The notes: generated by a model from the letters alone, not told the origin. A stretch of 64,000 bases of DNA from an uncultured Candidatus Saccharibacteria bacterium (GCA_964361095.1 CAYHZA010000002.1:49594-113593), one strand, 5' to 3'. Shown: positions 36,742-47,869, numbered from the stretch's first letter. Numbers and translations: made by a program.

Positions 36742-36822
36742 GGGCAGGTGGCGAAATGGCAAACGCACTAGCTTTAGGAGCTAGCGCCGCAAGGCTTGTG
36801 GGTTCAAGTCCCACCCTGCCCA
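36742..36822 (+). tRNA. tRNA-Leu(TAG)
   Basis: CTAGC-TTTAGGA-GCTAG anticodon arm, long variable arm, GGTTCAAGTCC. Confidence 0.96.
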
Positions 36823-36846
36823 CAAAAAGAGACCCCCAATTCGTTC

Positions 36847-37776
36847 TTATTTTCCCCCTCTTCTGCGTCCGTGAAATGATTTGTGGATTTCCCGCAGTTC
36901 TTTATTGGTAATGTGGGTGTAGATCTGCGTTGTGTTTATATTCGCGTGGCCCAAAAGTTCTTGGACCGAACGGAGATCGGCTCCGTTTATCAAAAGATCC
37001 GTCGCAAAGCTATGCCGGAGTTGGTGAGGATGTATTTTTTTTGGTATTCCCGACGCGATGGCGCGGTAATTCATAAGTCGTTGCACCGAGCGCGGTGTAA
37101 TTCTGCCGAGAATATTTTTTTCGTTTTTCGCGAGACTCACGAAAAGCGCCGATTCGGTGTCGCCGCGTTTTTCGAGATATTCTTTTATCGTTTTTTTTGC
37201 CCGATCCGAGAGAAAGACGACGCGTAATTTGTCGCCTTTTCCGCGGACGGTAAGTTCTCCTCGATTGAGATCGACATAGCGGTCGAGCGAGCAGAGCTCC
37301 GAGAGACGCAAACCGGTCGAGAAAAATGTTTCGAGTATCGCTTGATCACGCAACGCGCGAAAGTTCATTTTGGTCGGCCGCGCGAGGAGGCGTTCGAGGT
37401 CTTCGTAGTCGAGAACCTCGATTTGCCGACTCGGCACTTTAGGGAGTTCTATTTTTTCCGGCGCGAGAACTTTCATGTCGCGCCGCGTGAGATACTTCAA
37501 GAAATTGCGAAGCGCGATGACGTAATATCCTTGGGTAACTTTTTTAAGCGATTGGCGTATTTCGTCGGAGTTCCTTACGGCAACGGGGCGGGCAAGATGA
37601 AGTCGAAAGGCGCGGACGATCGTTTCGGTGATCTGTGAAGGAGAAGATATCTTTGCGAACTTAAGGAACTCCTTCAGATAGCGTTCATAATTTTCCCGCG
37701 TTTTCGGTGAACGGTTTTTTTCGATCTCCAAATAATTCAAATATTCTTCAAGGTAGGCTTCAATCGAGGATGCCAT
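36847..37776 (-). CDS. xerC: XerC/XerD-family tyrosine recombinase
   Basis: TGLRLSEL, RGKGDKLR, HPHQLRHSFAT, LLGHANINTTQIYTH; start set at MASSIE. Confidence 0.92.
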   Translation of the reverse strand: MASSIEAYLEEYLNYLEIEKNRSPKTRENYERYLKEFLKFAKISSPSQITETIVRAFRLHLARPVAVRNSDEIRQSLKKVTQGYYVIALRNFLKYLTRRDMKVLAPEKIELPKVPSRQIEVLDYEDLERLLARPTKMNFRALRDQAILETFFSTGLRLSELCSLDRYVDLNRGELTVRGKGDKLRVVFLSDRAKKTIKEYLEKRGDTESALFVSLAKNEKNILGRITPRSVQRLMNYRAIASGIPKKIHPHQLRHSFATDLLINGADLRSVQELLGHANINTTQIYTHITNKELREIHKSFHGRRRGGK

Positions 37777-37928
37777 AACATCATTGTACTCCGTGGCTGA
37801 GGGAAGCGACAATGACATCTTTTGCGTTGAATAAGTATCATAGTAAATGGGCATCATCTTCGAGAACCGCCCCTTTATTTTCCCTATTCCTTGCATTTTG
37901 GCTTTAAAAGCTGTATACTTTCCAAACT

Positions 37929-38195
37929 ATGCTTACGAAACGCGTGAAGGCGAGAATCGTCGGTGAGGTGCAAAAGCACAAAACCGACACGGGTTCAGCC
38001 GAGGTGCAGGTGGGGATTTTAAGCCGTCAGATAGATGAGCTCGCCACGCATCTTAAAAAGAATCCCAAAGACAATCACTCTCGGCGGGGACTCTTAAAAA
38101 TGGTGAGCCACCGGAGGAAACTCCTCCTCTACATAAAGAAAAAAGAGCCGAAGAGCTACGACAAGCTTATAAAAAAGCTCGATCTTAAAAAATAG
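37929..38195 (+). CDS. rpsO: 30S ribosomal protein S15
   Basis: DTGSAEVQV, KDNHSRRGLLKMV. Confidence 0.98.
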   Translation: MLTKRVKARIVGEVQKHKTDTGSAEVQVGILSRQIDELATHLKKNPKDNHSRRGLLKMVSHRRKLLLYIKKKEPKSYDKLIKKLDLKK

Positions 38196-38202
38196 ACCAC
38201 GT

Positions 38203-38793
38203 ATGAGACAGGCGAGTAGCGTATATGCGAATCAGCGCGTCGGTATTTTTATCGATGTACAAAATCTTTATCATTCGGCGAAAAATCTTTATCACGCGCG
38301 GGTAAATTATCGCGAGCTTATCAAGCACTTGGTCGCCGGACGTCAGCCCATTCGTTCGCTCGCCTACGTAGTGAAAAGCGAGGGAGTTGAGGGCGCGGCG
38401 CCTCGGGATGGTGCCCAGCACGTTGTGAAAGAGGTTTATCGGAGCGATGATACGCGCTCGGTTTCCTCTGAAGCCGCGTTTTTTGAAGCGCTCGAGAAGG
38501 CGGGGCTTGAACTGCGGCTCAAGGATCTGCAGATCTATGCCGATGGGCTGAAGAAGGCGGACTGGGATGTGGGAATGGCGGTGGATGCCATTCGGATGTC
38601 TTCGTTCCTTGATGTGGTAATATTGGTAACCGGCGACGGAGATTTTCTCCCCCTTATCGACTATTTAAAGTGGGGAGTAGGGAGATTTGTTGAAGTTGCC
38701 GCGTTTCACCGGAGCGCCTCTTCAAAGCTCCGCGAAGCGGCCGATAAGTTTATTAATATAGAAGAGATCCCTCGGGTACTCATAAAAAGATGA
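38203..38793 (+). CDS. NYN/LabA-DUF88 (PIN-like) domain protein
   Basis: FIDVQNLY, KKADWDVGMAVD, LVTGDGDF. Confidence 0.93.
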   Translation: MRQASSVYANQRVGIFIDVQNLYHSAKNLYHARVNYRELIKHLVAGRQPIRSLAYVVKSEGVEGAAPRDGAQHVVKEVYRSDDTRSVSSEAAFFEALEKAGLELRLKDLQIYADGLKKADWDVGMAVDAIRMSSFLDVVILVTGDGDFLPLIDYLKWGVGRFVEVAAFHRSASSKLREAADKFINIEEIPRVLIKR

Positions 38794-40904
38794 AATTTGA
38801 AAGAAAAAAATTTTCTATTGAAGTCGGCGGAAGACCTCTCACGTTAGAGTTTTCTCCGCTTGCCGGAAAGGCGAACGCCGCGGTGCTTGGGAAATACGGC
38901 GAGACAATCGTCTTAGTGAGCGTGGTAATGAGCCCTACCGAATCAAGCGCGAATTATATGCCCCTGAAGGTTGACTACGAGGAGCGTTTTTACGCCGCCG
39001 GAAAGATTATCGGAAGCAGATTCATCCGTCGCGAGGGCCGTCCGTCCGAAGATGCGATTTTGACCGGGCGACTCGTGGATCGCGTGATCCGGCCGCTCTT
39101 TGACCAACGTCTGCGACACGAAGTGCAGGTCGTGGTAACGGTGCTTTCGTACGATGAAGAAAACGATCCTGATTTCGTCGGGCTTATCGCCGCCTCCGCC
39201 GCGCTTTCGATTTCCGATGTGCCGTGGCAGGGACCGATTGCCGCCGTGCGAATCGCAAAGATCGGAGAGACATTTCGGGTAAATCCGACGAATGCCGAAC
39301 TTCAATCACCCGAACTTTTATTTGAAACATTTGTCGCCGGTTCAAAAGGCGCGATTAATATGATAGAACTCGCGGGCAAAGAAGCCGGTGAGTCAGAAGT
39401 TTTGAAGGCGTTCGAATGGGCGGAACAAGAGTTCGCGCGCCTCGTTGATTTCCAATCGGAAATAGTAAAAGAAATCGGAAAGCCCAAAGCCGACATAAAG
39501 ATGGCCGAGGCAGAATCGGCATTGAAGAATGCGGTTAAGAAATTCCTCGCGGATCGGCTTGAAGATGCGATCTATGACGCGCCGAAAGACGGAAGAAATA
39601 CAAAGCTCGCGGCGCTCAAAGAAGAACTTTACGCGCATCTCAAGGAAACATTTGTGGCGAGCGAAAGCGGAGGAGCTCCCGATTTTAAAGCGGTTGAATT
39701 TTTAATCGAGGATATGGTTGACGCGTTGGTGCATAAAAATATTCTCGAAGACGGACGGCGTCCGGACGGACGGAAATTGGACGAAGTGCGCGCGCTTCAC
39801 GCCGAAACGCATCTTTTTGAGCGCACGCACGGTTCGGGATTGTTTATACGCGGCAACACTCAGGCGCTCGCGGTTACGACATTGGCGGCGCCGGGAGCGG
39901 AACAGCTTATCGAAACGATGGAAATAACGACGAAGCGTCGCTTTATGCTCCACTATAATTTCCCCGCATACTCCGTGGGAGAGATCGGCTCTTTCCGCGG
40001 ACCGGGACGTCGCGAGATCGGACACGGCGCTTTGGCGGAAAAGGCGATCCGCTGGATGATCCCAAGCGTGGAGCAATTTCCTTATACGATACGCGTCGTT
40101 TCGGAGATTCTCTCGTCAAACGGTTCTTCTTCGATGGCGACAACCTGCGCGGCAACACTATCGCTTCTTGACGCCGGCGTGCCGATCAAAAAGCCGGTCG
40201 CGGGAATTGCGATGGGGCTTATGATCGACGATAAAGGGAACTATAAAGTACTTACGGATATTCAGGGGCCTGAAGATCACTATGGGGATATGGACCTGAA
40301 GGTTGCCGGAACGGATGCGGGCGTGAACGCCATTCAGATGGATATCAAAGTGAACGGATTAAAACGTGAAATTTTGGAGGACGCGTTGCGTGAGGCAAAG
40401 AAGGCGCGGTTGCATATTTTGGATCATATGAAAAAAGTGATCGCGACGCACCGTCCGGAACTTTCGCCGTACGCGCCTAAAATAATCGTCTTGAAGATCA
40501 ATCCGGAAAAGATCGGTCTTGTGATCGGCCCCGGTGGAAAGATGATCAACGGACTTATTAAAAAAACGGGCGTCATTACCATCGATATCGAAGAGGACGG
40601 CAGTATATTTATTGCCGCCGATGATCCGAAGAAGGCAGAAGAGGCGGCGAACGACATTCGCGCGCTTACGCGAGAGTATAAAGTGGGTGAAGTCGTGGAG
40701 GGGCCTATCGTGCGTGTCCTTGATTTTGGAGCGATTGTGGATTTGGGAGGCGGTAAGGACGGAATGATACACGTTTCCGAGCTTCAGAACGGTTTCGTAA
40801 AGAATGTCGGTGACGTGGTGAAAGTTGGCGATTTTGTTCGCGCGAAGATTATCCGCGTTGATACGGACGGGCACATCGGTTTGTCCTTGAAACAGCTCGA
40901 GTAA
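38790..40904 (+). CDS. pnp: Polyribonucleotide nucleotidyltransferase
   Basis: RREGRPS, RTHGSGLF, RREIGHG, SNGSSSMA, GDMDLKVAG, KH and S1 domains. Confidence 0.98.
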   Translation: MKFERKKFSIEVGGRPLTLEFSPLAGKANAAVLGKYGETIVLVSVVMSPTESSANYMPLKVDYEERFYAAGKIIGSRFIRREGRPSEDAILTGRLVDRVIRPLFDQRLRHEVQVVVTVLSYDEENDPDFVGLIAASAALSISDVPWQGPIAAVRIAKIGETFRVNPTNAELQSPELLFETFVAGSKGAINMIELAGKEAGESEVLKAFEWAEQEFARLVDFQSEIVKEIGKPKADIKMAEAESALKNAVKKFLADRLEDAIYDAPKDGRNTKLAALKEELYAHLKETFVASESGGAPDFKAVEFLIEDMVDALVHKNILEDGRRPDGRKLDEVRALHAETHLFERTHGSGLFIRGNTQALAVTTLAAPGAEQLIETMEITTKRRFMLHYNFPAYSVGEIGSFRGPGRREIGHGALAEKAIRWMIPSVEQFPYTIRVVSEILSSNGSSSMATTCAATLSLLDAGVPIKKPVAGIAMGLMIDDKGNYKVLTDIQGPEDHYGDMDLKVAGTDAGVNAIQMDIKVNGLKREILEDALREAKKARLHILDHMKKVIATHRPELSPYAPKIIVLKINPEKIGLVIGPGGKMINGLIKKTGVITIDIEEDGSIFIAADDPKKAEEAANDIRALTREYKVGEVVEGPIVRVLDFGAIVDLGGGKDGMIHVSELQNGFVKNVGDVVKVGDFVRAKIIRVDTDGHIGLSLKQLE

Positions 40905-41050
40905 GCCCCGTTAGAGAATAATGATTCTCTGCGTTTCTTTGTAAGTGCCCTTGTTTTTCCAACGGGGTAAAACAAGTACCTTTTCTCTCGACGGGCGACG
41001 GAGTACAATAGAAAGAGTCGCCTGTTTTTTATTATAGAAAATAATTTTTC

Positions 41051-42070
41051 ATGGAAGAATCTCAAGTCGCGAGTAATCCCTCGTCCATTCCGGCTCCGCC
41101 GGAGGTGAGCGTGAGGACGATGACTTCGGATATTGAGGCGATGACGCGGGGCGGGGGTACCTCGATTATCCCCGACGGCGTAGGTAGCTCCGAGTCTGAT
41201 GTCGCCTATGCCCCGCCACGTCCCGAAACATTCACCTTAAGCGGAGAACCATACAAGGAACCTTTTGCGACGTATGTGAGTCCTCGCGCCGTGATTGTGG
41301 TGGGAATTATTGCCATACTTATCATGGCGATTTTGATAGGGTATTTTTTTGTATATCCATTTTTTATAAAATTGACCGTTCCGCCCTTTAATGCGAATCC
41401 AGGATCATTGACTCCCGCGCCGACAGGCATTGTGCTTCCGCCTTCGTCTCCGCCGAGCGTCGTAACGCATGAAACTTTTTTCCGCATTCTGGCAGACCGA
41501 ACGATTCCCTTTGTGGTTGTGAAGTCTCCCGTTTCGAGCGTGGTTGATCTGCAGACGTACGCGCAGAAATTAACGGGAGTGATTAATGCGACTGGTGGAA
41601 CCACGGGTTTTTATGAACTTGGCCTTGCGGATGATGCCGGAAAGCCTTTAGCCGCCTCGCGATTTTTTGATCATATCAGCGTTCATCTTTTTGAACCGAG
41701 TTTTCTCGACGCCAATTTCAATCCCGATTTTACGGCGTTCGTGTATAAGGACAGAAAGGGAATTTGGCCCGGATATGTGTTGGGAATAAAACGCGGCAAA
41801 ACGTTATCCGTTGTTCAGAATCAGATAGCAAAAGAAATTGAAAATTCTGGAGATATTACGAGTGCGTTTTTGACTTCACCGGGGAAACCCTCGCCGGGCG
41901 TTTTTCGTGACGCGCTGTTTCTTGATCACACGGTGCGGTATTTTACCTTCGATGTTCCGGGCAGTGTTGCGCAGACAGAGTTCAGCTACTCTTGGTTTAA
42001 TGATAAATTTCTGGTGATTTCGACATCGCGCGGAGGACTCGAGAAGGCATTCGAGCATTTGGGGAGGTAG
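41051..42070 (+). CDS. Single-TM hypothetical protein with a Pro-rich linker
   Basis: VRTMTSDI N-terminus, TM segment, extracellular domain. Confidence 0.7.
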   Translation: MEESQVASNPSSIPAPPEVSVRTMTSDIEAMTRGGGTSIIPDGVGSSESDVAYAPPRPETFTLSGEPYKEPFATYVSPRAVIVVGIIAILIMAILIGYFFVYPFFIKLTVPPFNANPGSLTPAPTGIVLPPSSPPSVVTHETFFRILADRTIPFVVVKSPVSSVVDLQTYAQKLTGVINATGGTTGFYELGLADDAGKPLAASRFFDHISVHLFEPSFLDANFNPDFTAFVYKDRKGIWPGYVLGIKRGKTLSVVQNQIAKEIENSGDITSAFLTSPGKPSPGVFRDALFLDHTVRYFTFDVPGSVAQTEFSYSWFNDKFLVISTSRGGLEKAFEHLGR

Positions 42071-42383
42071 TTTTTTCTTTGGGTTTTCGAAGTCGCCCGC
42101 CTTTCTTTTGTGTAACCCGCTCAGGTTACAGAAATAGGATTCGCTCCGTTTGATTTTTTGAATAAATTTTGCGGTTCCCGTCATACTTCCGACCGTAAAA
42201 TTTATAATCAAAAAATCTACACTTCGCTCGGCTATTTCTCTCTAGCCTTCACTTATGGTTAACACAAAAGAAAGGCAGACGGATATCGGTTTTTGCAAAA
42301 ACTTATCAAACCCAAAGAAAAAACTATTCTTGAGATTGAGTTGGAGGAAAAGGAAAGCCGCTCTGATGGGAGCGGCTAGGTGT

Positions 42384-42839
42384 TTACTCGGAGGAGATTG
42401 GGAAATTGAAGAGTTTCTCGAGAGCGGTTCCCTCTGCCACGACATAGGCACCATCTTCTTCGAAGGTACCTATGTTAATTTTAATAACGAGAACCCCCTC
42501 TTTTTGACTGAGGACGAGTCTTCCCTCTTTGGCAAGAATTTTTTCGAATCCACTGAGGCAGACTTCTTCGAGTGTATCCGATCCATCATTGAAGAAAATA
42601 TCCTGAATATCTATGGCGCATGGCGGAATATCTTTGAGAGCCAAACGTTGTTGTATCTCGATCTCTTCCGCGACATCACTATCCGGCCATATTAGAAGGG
42701 TGAGGTGGAAGGAGTGGGAAACGAAGTCGAACTCCGTCAGGCTAAACGAGAATTCCACGTGGTCCGCCATCTCGAAATCTTGCAAGGTGACGTTTTTGGG
42801 GTCGAGAGTGTAGTCGTTCTTAGAAGATACGATTCGCAT
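42384..42839 (-). CDS. Hypothetical acidic protein
   Basis: AGGAGG RBS before MRIVSS; downstream of recA. Confidence 0.55.
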   Translation of the reverse strand: MRIVSSKNDYTLDPKNVTLQDFEMADHVEFSFSLTEFDFVSHSFHLTLLIWPDSDVAEEIEIQQRLALKDIPPCAIDIQDIFFNDGSDTLEEVCLSGFEKILAKEGRLVLSQKEGVLVIKINIGTFEEDGAYVVAEGTALEKLFNFPISSE

Positions 42840-42962
42840 TGCGCACCTCCTCATAAATGAAAAGTTTCTGGTTTGAGTATATGTTAGTGAGTCTTATTTG
42901 TCGATAGTGGGGCTCCTTTTGAAAGTTTTAAAACGACCCTCTCCGAATTTAAAAAAGACCGC

Positions 42963-43982
42963 TTACGCGGTCTCCAGTTTTATTTTCTTTATTACGCCCT
43001 CTTGGATTGTTTTCAATGTCTTTTTATCTTCTTTTAACTTCTCGCGCACATTGTCGAATCCAACCCCTAATTTTTCGCCGTCCAAACTGTAGGTGGAGGC
43101 GGTTTTTATAACGATGCCATGTTTTAGCCCCGAGTTCAGCACATCCGCTTCATAGGAAATTCCTTGGCCATACATAATGTCGAATTCCGCGAGTTTGAAG
43201 GGCGCCGCGACTTTATTTTTGACTACCTTTGCTTTGACGCGACTACCGACGACATCCTCTCCTTTTTTGACTTGCGCGATGCGGCGGACATCGATGCGGA
43301 CCGAGGCGTAGAATTTCAACGCTTTTCCGCCCGGGGTTGTTTCGGGATTTCCGAACATCACCGTGTTGATTTGCATGCGGATTTGGTTGATGAAAATAAT
43401 CATCGTTTGGCTCTTCGCGGAGATGGCGGTGAGCTTTCGAAGCGCCTGTGACATCATCCGTGCTTGAAGGCCGATAAATTGAGCGCCCATTTCTCCCTCG
43501 ATTTCCGCGCGCGGCGTAAGCGCCGCCACGGAATCAACGACGATGACGGAGATCATATTCGAGCGCACCAAGCTTTCTAAAATATTCAGCGCCTGTTCGC
43601 CGTTGTCCGGTTGTGAGATGAGGAGATCATTTATTTTTACTCCTAAGCGCGAGGCGTATTCCGGATCCAGTGCGTGCTCGGCATCAATGAAGGCGGCTTT
43701 CCCTCCTTGTTTTTGCGCTTGCGCGACGACGTTCAATGCCAATGTTGTTTTACCGCTTCCTTCGGGACCGTACACTTCGATGATTCTTCCCCGAGGAAGC
43801 CCTCCGACACCCAGCGCGAGGTCCAAAGAAAAAGACCCCGTGGGAATGACGGCGACATCTACCTTGCGCACATCGCCGAGTTTCATGATCGCTCCCTCTC
43901 CGTATTTATCGCGAAGCGATGAAAGAAGGCCGTTTAATTCGTCCTGGTTCTCCTCATTCGTTTTTTTCTGCGGTATAGGCAT
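42963..43982 (-). CDS. recA: Recombinase RecA
   Basis: [38 protein letters not shown]. Confidence 0.99.
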   Translation of the reverse strand: MPIPQKKTNEENQDELNGLLSSLRDKYGEGAIMKLGDVRKVDVAVIPTGSFSLDLALGVGGLPRGRIIEVYGPEGSGKTTLALNVVAQAQKQGGKAAFIDAEHALDPEYASRLGVKINDLLISQPDNGEQALNILESLVRSNMISVIVVDSVAALTPRAEIEGEMGAQFIGLQARMMSQALRKLTAISAKSQTMIIFINQIRMQINTVMFGNPETTPGGKALKFYASVRIDVRRIAQVKKGEDVVGSRVKAKVVKNKVAAPFKLAEFDIMYGQGISYEADVLNSGLKHGIVIKTASTYSLDGEKLGVGFDNVREKLKEDKKTLKTIQEGVIKKIKLETA

Positions 43983-44130
43983 GTTTAAAGGTAAAATTTT
44001 TGACTTACGACAGCAAGATTTCGACGATTGATTTCAGTTCTTTCATAATAGCTTAAGTTTAGAATGTCGGGCGCGAGTGTCAACTTTAGGGCTATCTTAT
44101 GGATAGGGGTATTTTTATATATCTAAGCCG

Positions 44131-44811
44131 TTATTCCGAAAGGGGCGCTGAGGTCGGTGCTGTGCTGGTAGCTCCTGTTTTCGGAGGTGTTTGATAGATA
44201 ATTTCGCGGCTTACTTCGGTTTGTCGTCCAAGAAACTTTTTTGCGATAATACTTACCGGATTACGCCCGGGCTGGAGAAGGATATTCTTTTCCCAACGTC
44301 CGATGGCGTCTATCGCGACAGGCTCTCCGTTTACCTTCAACTCGTCGCTTCCGCTTACTTCTCCTTGTATGATAATTCGGTCATCGTGCACGGTGATCAA
44401 ATCTTCTGCCGGATAAGAAATAGTAAGCATGGGTTTTCCGAGTATTTTTGAAAAACGAAAACCAAAATAAACGACAAGAAGAATGACAATCGTTCCGATA
44501 ATTATTTTTTTACCCATGGGTTCTTTCGCGAAACGATTCTTGGGAAGCGCATCGGTTGGACCCGATCCTTTAATGAGCCCTTCTTCTTTAAGATGTTCCC
44601 ACCATGCCTCGCCGTTGAAGTCGAGGATTGTCCCGAGCTTCAGGAGATAGCCGCGGAGATAAGGAGCCGGAGGGAGAAGTTCAAAGCGGCCCGCGGCTAA
44701 ACTCTCGATGTGTTTCGCCGAGATGCCGCTCAATTCGGAAAGCTTGCGGAGCGTAAACCCTCGCTCCTTAAGTTTGTCCGCAAAAAGAGTTTGAAATTCG
44801 ATTGAGTCCAT
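44131..44811 (-). CDS. RodZ-like HTH-TM-Ig-like domain protein
   Basis: N-terminal XRE-like HTH with LPPAPYLRGYL, TM segment, LQPGRN Ig-like end; downstream of ftsK. Confidence 0.75.
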   Translation of the reverse strand: MDSIEFQTLFADKLKERGFTLRKLSELSGISAKHIESLAAGRFELLPPAPYLRGYLLKLGTILDFNGEAWWEHLKEEGLIKGSGPTDALPKNRFAKEPMGKKIIIGTIVILLVVYFGFRFSKILGKPMLTISYPAEDLITVHDDRIIIQGEVSGSDELKVNGEPVAIDAIGRWEKNILLQPGRNPVSIIAKKFLGRQTEVSREIIYQTPPKTGATSTAPTSAPLSE

Positions 44812-44816
44812 GGTTT

Positions 44817-46937
44817 TTATGAAAGCCCTTCTTCGGGGTTGTCTATATAGACTTCGCGCGGTTTCGCGCCTTCGCCCGGACCGATAACGTTTCGAGCTTC
44901 CATGATATCAAGAAGTCGGGCGGCCCGCGCGTATCCAACTCTGAGTCTTCTTTGGAGAAGTGAAGCGGAGGCTTTCTTCGCCTCGACAACTACGCGAACG
45001 GCTTCATCATAGATCTCATCGTCGTCATCTTCAAGCGCTTGGTCAAAGATACTGCCGCCAGCCGCTCCGGAAGATTCTCCTGCTCCGGCAAACCCCTCGG
45101 TGCCCTCTTCTTCGGTCATTTCGATGGGATTATTTTCTCTCACGAAATCCGCCACCGCGTGTATCTCTTCTTCGGTAATGTAAGCGCCCTGGATGCGCTT
45201 TGGCTTTGAGAGCTCGGAAGAGATAAAGAGCAGATCGCCGCCGCCCAAAAGTTTTTCCGCGCCTCCGGTATCAAGAATGGTTCGGGAGTCGATCTGGCTC
45301 GCCACTTGAAGCGCGATGCGGCTTGTGATGTTCGCTTTGATGAGTCCGGTAATAATTTCAACCGACGGACGTTGGGTTGAAAGGACAAGATGGAGGCCGG
45401 TGGCGCGCGCCATCTGCGCGAGGCGCACAATTGAACCTTCCACTTCGCGGCCATAGGAGGTCATAAGATCGGCAAGTTCGTCTACGACAATCAAGATATA
45501 CGGTAACGGTTCATCTTTCCCGCCGTTTGTGTTGTAGCTCTTGATATCTCGGCTTCCCGCCTTAAGGAGAACGTCGTATCGTCGATCCATTTCTTTGAGC
45601 GCCCACCGAAAAACATTGATGGCTTTTTTGCTCTCAATAATTACGGGTGAGACGAGATGGGGAATATGTTCATAAATAGAAAGCTCAACGCGTTTCGGAT
45701 CGATCAGAATAAGTTTCAGTGTGTCGGGAGAGTTTTTATAGAGAAGAGAAAGAATAATAGAGTGGATCATAACGCTCTTTCCGCTTCCTGTTGAGCCCGC
45801 AACCAAAAGATGCGGCATGCGTTCGATATCGGCAAAAATTGGATCGCCGTTTACATCCCTGCCCAACGTAAATCCAAGGGGACCTGATTTTTGGAAATCC
45901 TGATAGCTCATCAAGCTCCCGAGGCGAACGAGCGCCGCGGTTTTATTCGGGACCTCGATGCCCACGAGGGACTTTCCCGGGATAGGAGCCTCGATGCGGA
46001 TAGGATGCGCCGCGAGCGCGAGGGAGATGTCTTGGTGCAAGGCCATGATGCGCGAAAGCTTTACTCCTTCGGCGGGCTTTAACGTATAGCGTGTTACTTT
46101 TGGCCCGATATTAATTTCTCCCATTTCGACCGCGATGCCGAAACTTTCAAGAGTTCGCCTGATGATGTTCGCGTTTGCGCGCAGATCGCCCGTTGTCGGT
46201 TTTTCAACCGTTGATTTTAAGAGCGAGAGGGGAGGAGGAACATAATTCCTAAACTTTCTGATGGACGGCTTTTTCATTTTTTCCGGAGCATTTTCCGATC
46301 CGTCGCTTACCTTGAGGTGCTCTTCTCCTGTTACGGCTGTTCCTTCTTTCTCTTTTGGCTTTTCTTTTAGGTCATTAAGGATTACGGTTTCAACGTGGCC
46401 TTCGCCGGTCGTAACCGGAACTTCAATCGGCTTTTCCTTTCTTTGGGGCAGCCGGATTTTCAAAGGCGCGTCCAGCGTAATAAGTCCGGCGATAAAAAGG
46501 ATAACTATATTAATAATAACGGCGGCTGTTTGACCGAAAGGAACTCGCAAGGATCCGAAAAGAAGGCCAAGCCAGCCTCCGTGGGTTGGCGCGAAGAGTT
46601 CGGTGAGACCGAGGATCGAAAGAAGGAGAAGCAATGCTCCGAAAAAAGCCACGCCCATAGTTATCTCTCGTTCCGAGAAGAGGAATACACCCGCGACGAT
46701 AAAAAGCGAAAGCGGGAGCGCGAGGTATCCCCACCCGAGAACAACCGAAAGCATTTTATAAACAAATCCTCCGAGGGGACCCGCGTATTCAAGGTTTGCG
46801 AGAATAAGGACAATCGATACGCCAATAAGCCCGATTGCCCAGATGCTTTTTTTTGTATCGGGTTTTAGGCGGTAAGACGTGCTCGTTTCCGGGGTGCCGT
46901 TCCGTTTGTGTTTCTTGCTCATGAGGTTCGTATCCAT
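44817..46937 (-). CDS. ftsK: DNA translocase FtsK/SpoIIIE
   Basis: MPHLLVAGSTGSGKS, VDELADLM, STQRPS and gamma domain LLQRRLRVGYARAARL. Confidence 0.98.
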   Translation of the reverse strand: MDTNLMSKKHKRNGTPETSTSYRLKPDTKKSIWAIGLIGVSIVLILANLEYAGPLGGFVYKMLSVVLGWGYLALPLSLFIVAGVFLFSEREITMGVAFFGALLLLLSILGLTELFAPTHGGWLGLLFGSLRVPFGQTAAVIINIVILFIAGLITLDAPLKIRLPQRKEKPIEVPVTTGEGHVETVILNDLKEKPKEKEGTAVTGEEHLKVSDGSENAPEKMKKPSIRKFRNYVPPPLSLLKSTVEKPTTGDLRANANIIRRTLESFGIAVEMGEINIGPKVTRYTLKPAEGVKLSRIMALHQDISLALAAHPIRIEAPIPGKSLVGIEVPNKTAALVRLGSLMSYQDFQKSGPLGFTLGRDVNGDPIFADIERMPHLLVAGSTGSGKSVMIHSIILSLLYKNSPDTLKLILIDPKRVELSIYEHIPHLVSPVIIESKKAINVFRWALKEMDRRYDVLLKAGSRDIKSYNTNGGKDEPLPYILIVVDELADLMTSYGREVEGSIVRLAQMARATGLHLVLSTQRPSVEIITGLIKANITSRIALQVASQIDSRTILDTGGAEKLLGGGDLLFISSELSKPKRIQGAYITEEEIHAVADFVRENNPIEMTEEEGTEGFAGAGESSGAAGGSIFDQALEDDDDEIYDEAVRVVVEAKKASASLLQRRLRVGYARAARLLDIMEARNVIGPGEGAKPREVYIDNPEEGLS

Positions 46938-47030
46938 TCATTTTCCTACGAAGTGGGATATAATTCAAATTGCGATGCGAAGTCGCATAGTATCGGAAAA
47001 TAATTTTCCGACCATTTCCTCAATTACTCA

Positions 47031-47816
47031 ATGAAAACATCACTTACAGGAGGAGAGCTTTCGGTTTTGAAAGAGAAAAAACTTATTGTTTTTGATCTCG
47101 ACGGAACGTTAGCCGAGAGTAAATCGGGCATGGACTCCCAAATGGCGGGACTTATGAGGCGGCTTTTAAATGAGAAAATGGTAGCGGTGATCTCCGGAGG
47201 GCGTTACGAGCAGTTCGAGCGGCAGTTTTTGAAGAGTCTTAAGTGTCCAAAGTCGTTTTACGCGCGGCTTTTTCTTTTTCCCACCTCTTCGACGTCATTT
47301 TATCGGTATTTGAACGGCTGGAAGAAAGTTTATGCGGAAAATTTAACGTCCGCGGAAAAGCGTAAAATTTTATCCGCGTTCAAGGGGGTTTTCGCGAAGG
47401 TTCGGTACGCGGAGCCTTCGCGTACGTACGGTGTTGTTATCGAAGACCGCGAAACACAAATCACTTTTTCGGCGCTTGGCCAGAAGGCGCCCGTCGGGGA
47501 GAAAAAAAAGTGGCACGAAAAAAATAATCGTTTGCGGCTCCGCATGATGAACATATTAAAAAAATCACTTCCCGAGTTTGAAGTGCGCGTTGGGGGACTT
47601 ACGTCGATCGATGTTACGCGTAAGGGAATCGATAAGGCGTATGGCATACGACAAATCGAAAAACATCTCGGTGTGTCCCGTAAGGAGATGCTTTTTGTGG
47701 GGGATGCTCTCTATCCGGGCGGCAATGACTACGCGGCGGTAAAAACAGGAGTGGATTGGGTCCAAGTGTCGGGGCCGGGCGAAACGAAAAAGGTGATACA
47801 AAAGATCATTCGTTGA
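47031..47816 (+). CDS. HAD-IIB family hydrolase (phosphomannomutase-like)
   Basis: FDLDGTL, VISGG, IEDRETQITFS, GGLTSIDV, GDALYPGGND. Confidence 0.88.
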   Translation: MKTSLTGGELSVLKEKKLIVFDLDGTLAESKSGMDSQMAGLMRRLLNEKMVAVISGGRYEQFERQFLKSLKCPKSFYARLFLFPTSSTSFYRYLNGWKKVYAENLTSAEKRKILSAFKGVFAKVRYAEPSRTYGVVIEDRETQITFSALGQKAPVGEKKKWHEKNNRLRLRMMNILKKSLPEFEVRVGGLTSIDVTRKGIDKAYGIRQIEKHLGVSRKEMLFVGDALYPGGNDYAAVKTGVDWVQVSGPGETKKVIQKIIR

Positions 47817-47869
47817 CTTCGATTATGCGGGGAAGTATAGTAGACGCAGACTCTTGGAGGATGTGAATC

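Noticed and set aside
36742-37776. Prophage or island integrase next to tRNA-Leu
   Set aside because: The protein looks like a housekeeping XerC/D, is flanked by rpsO-pnp, and no tRNA-Leu 3' duplication or phage genes were seen.
42255-42695. 146-aa plus-strand ORF
   Set aside because: Overlaps the minus-strand ORF that has an AGGAGG RBS and follows recA orientation; the choice remains uncertain.
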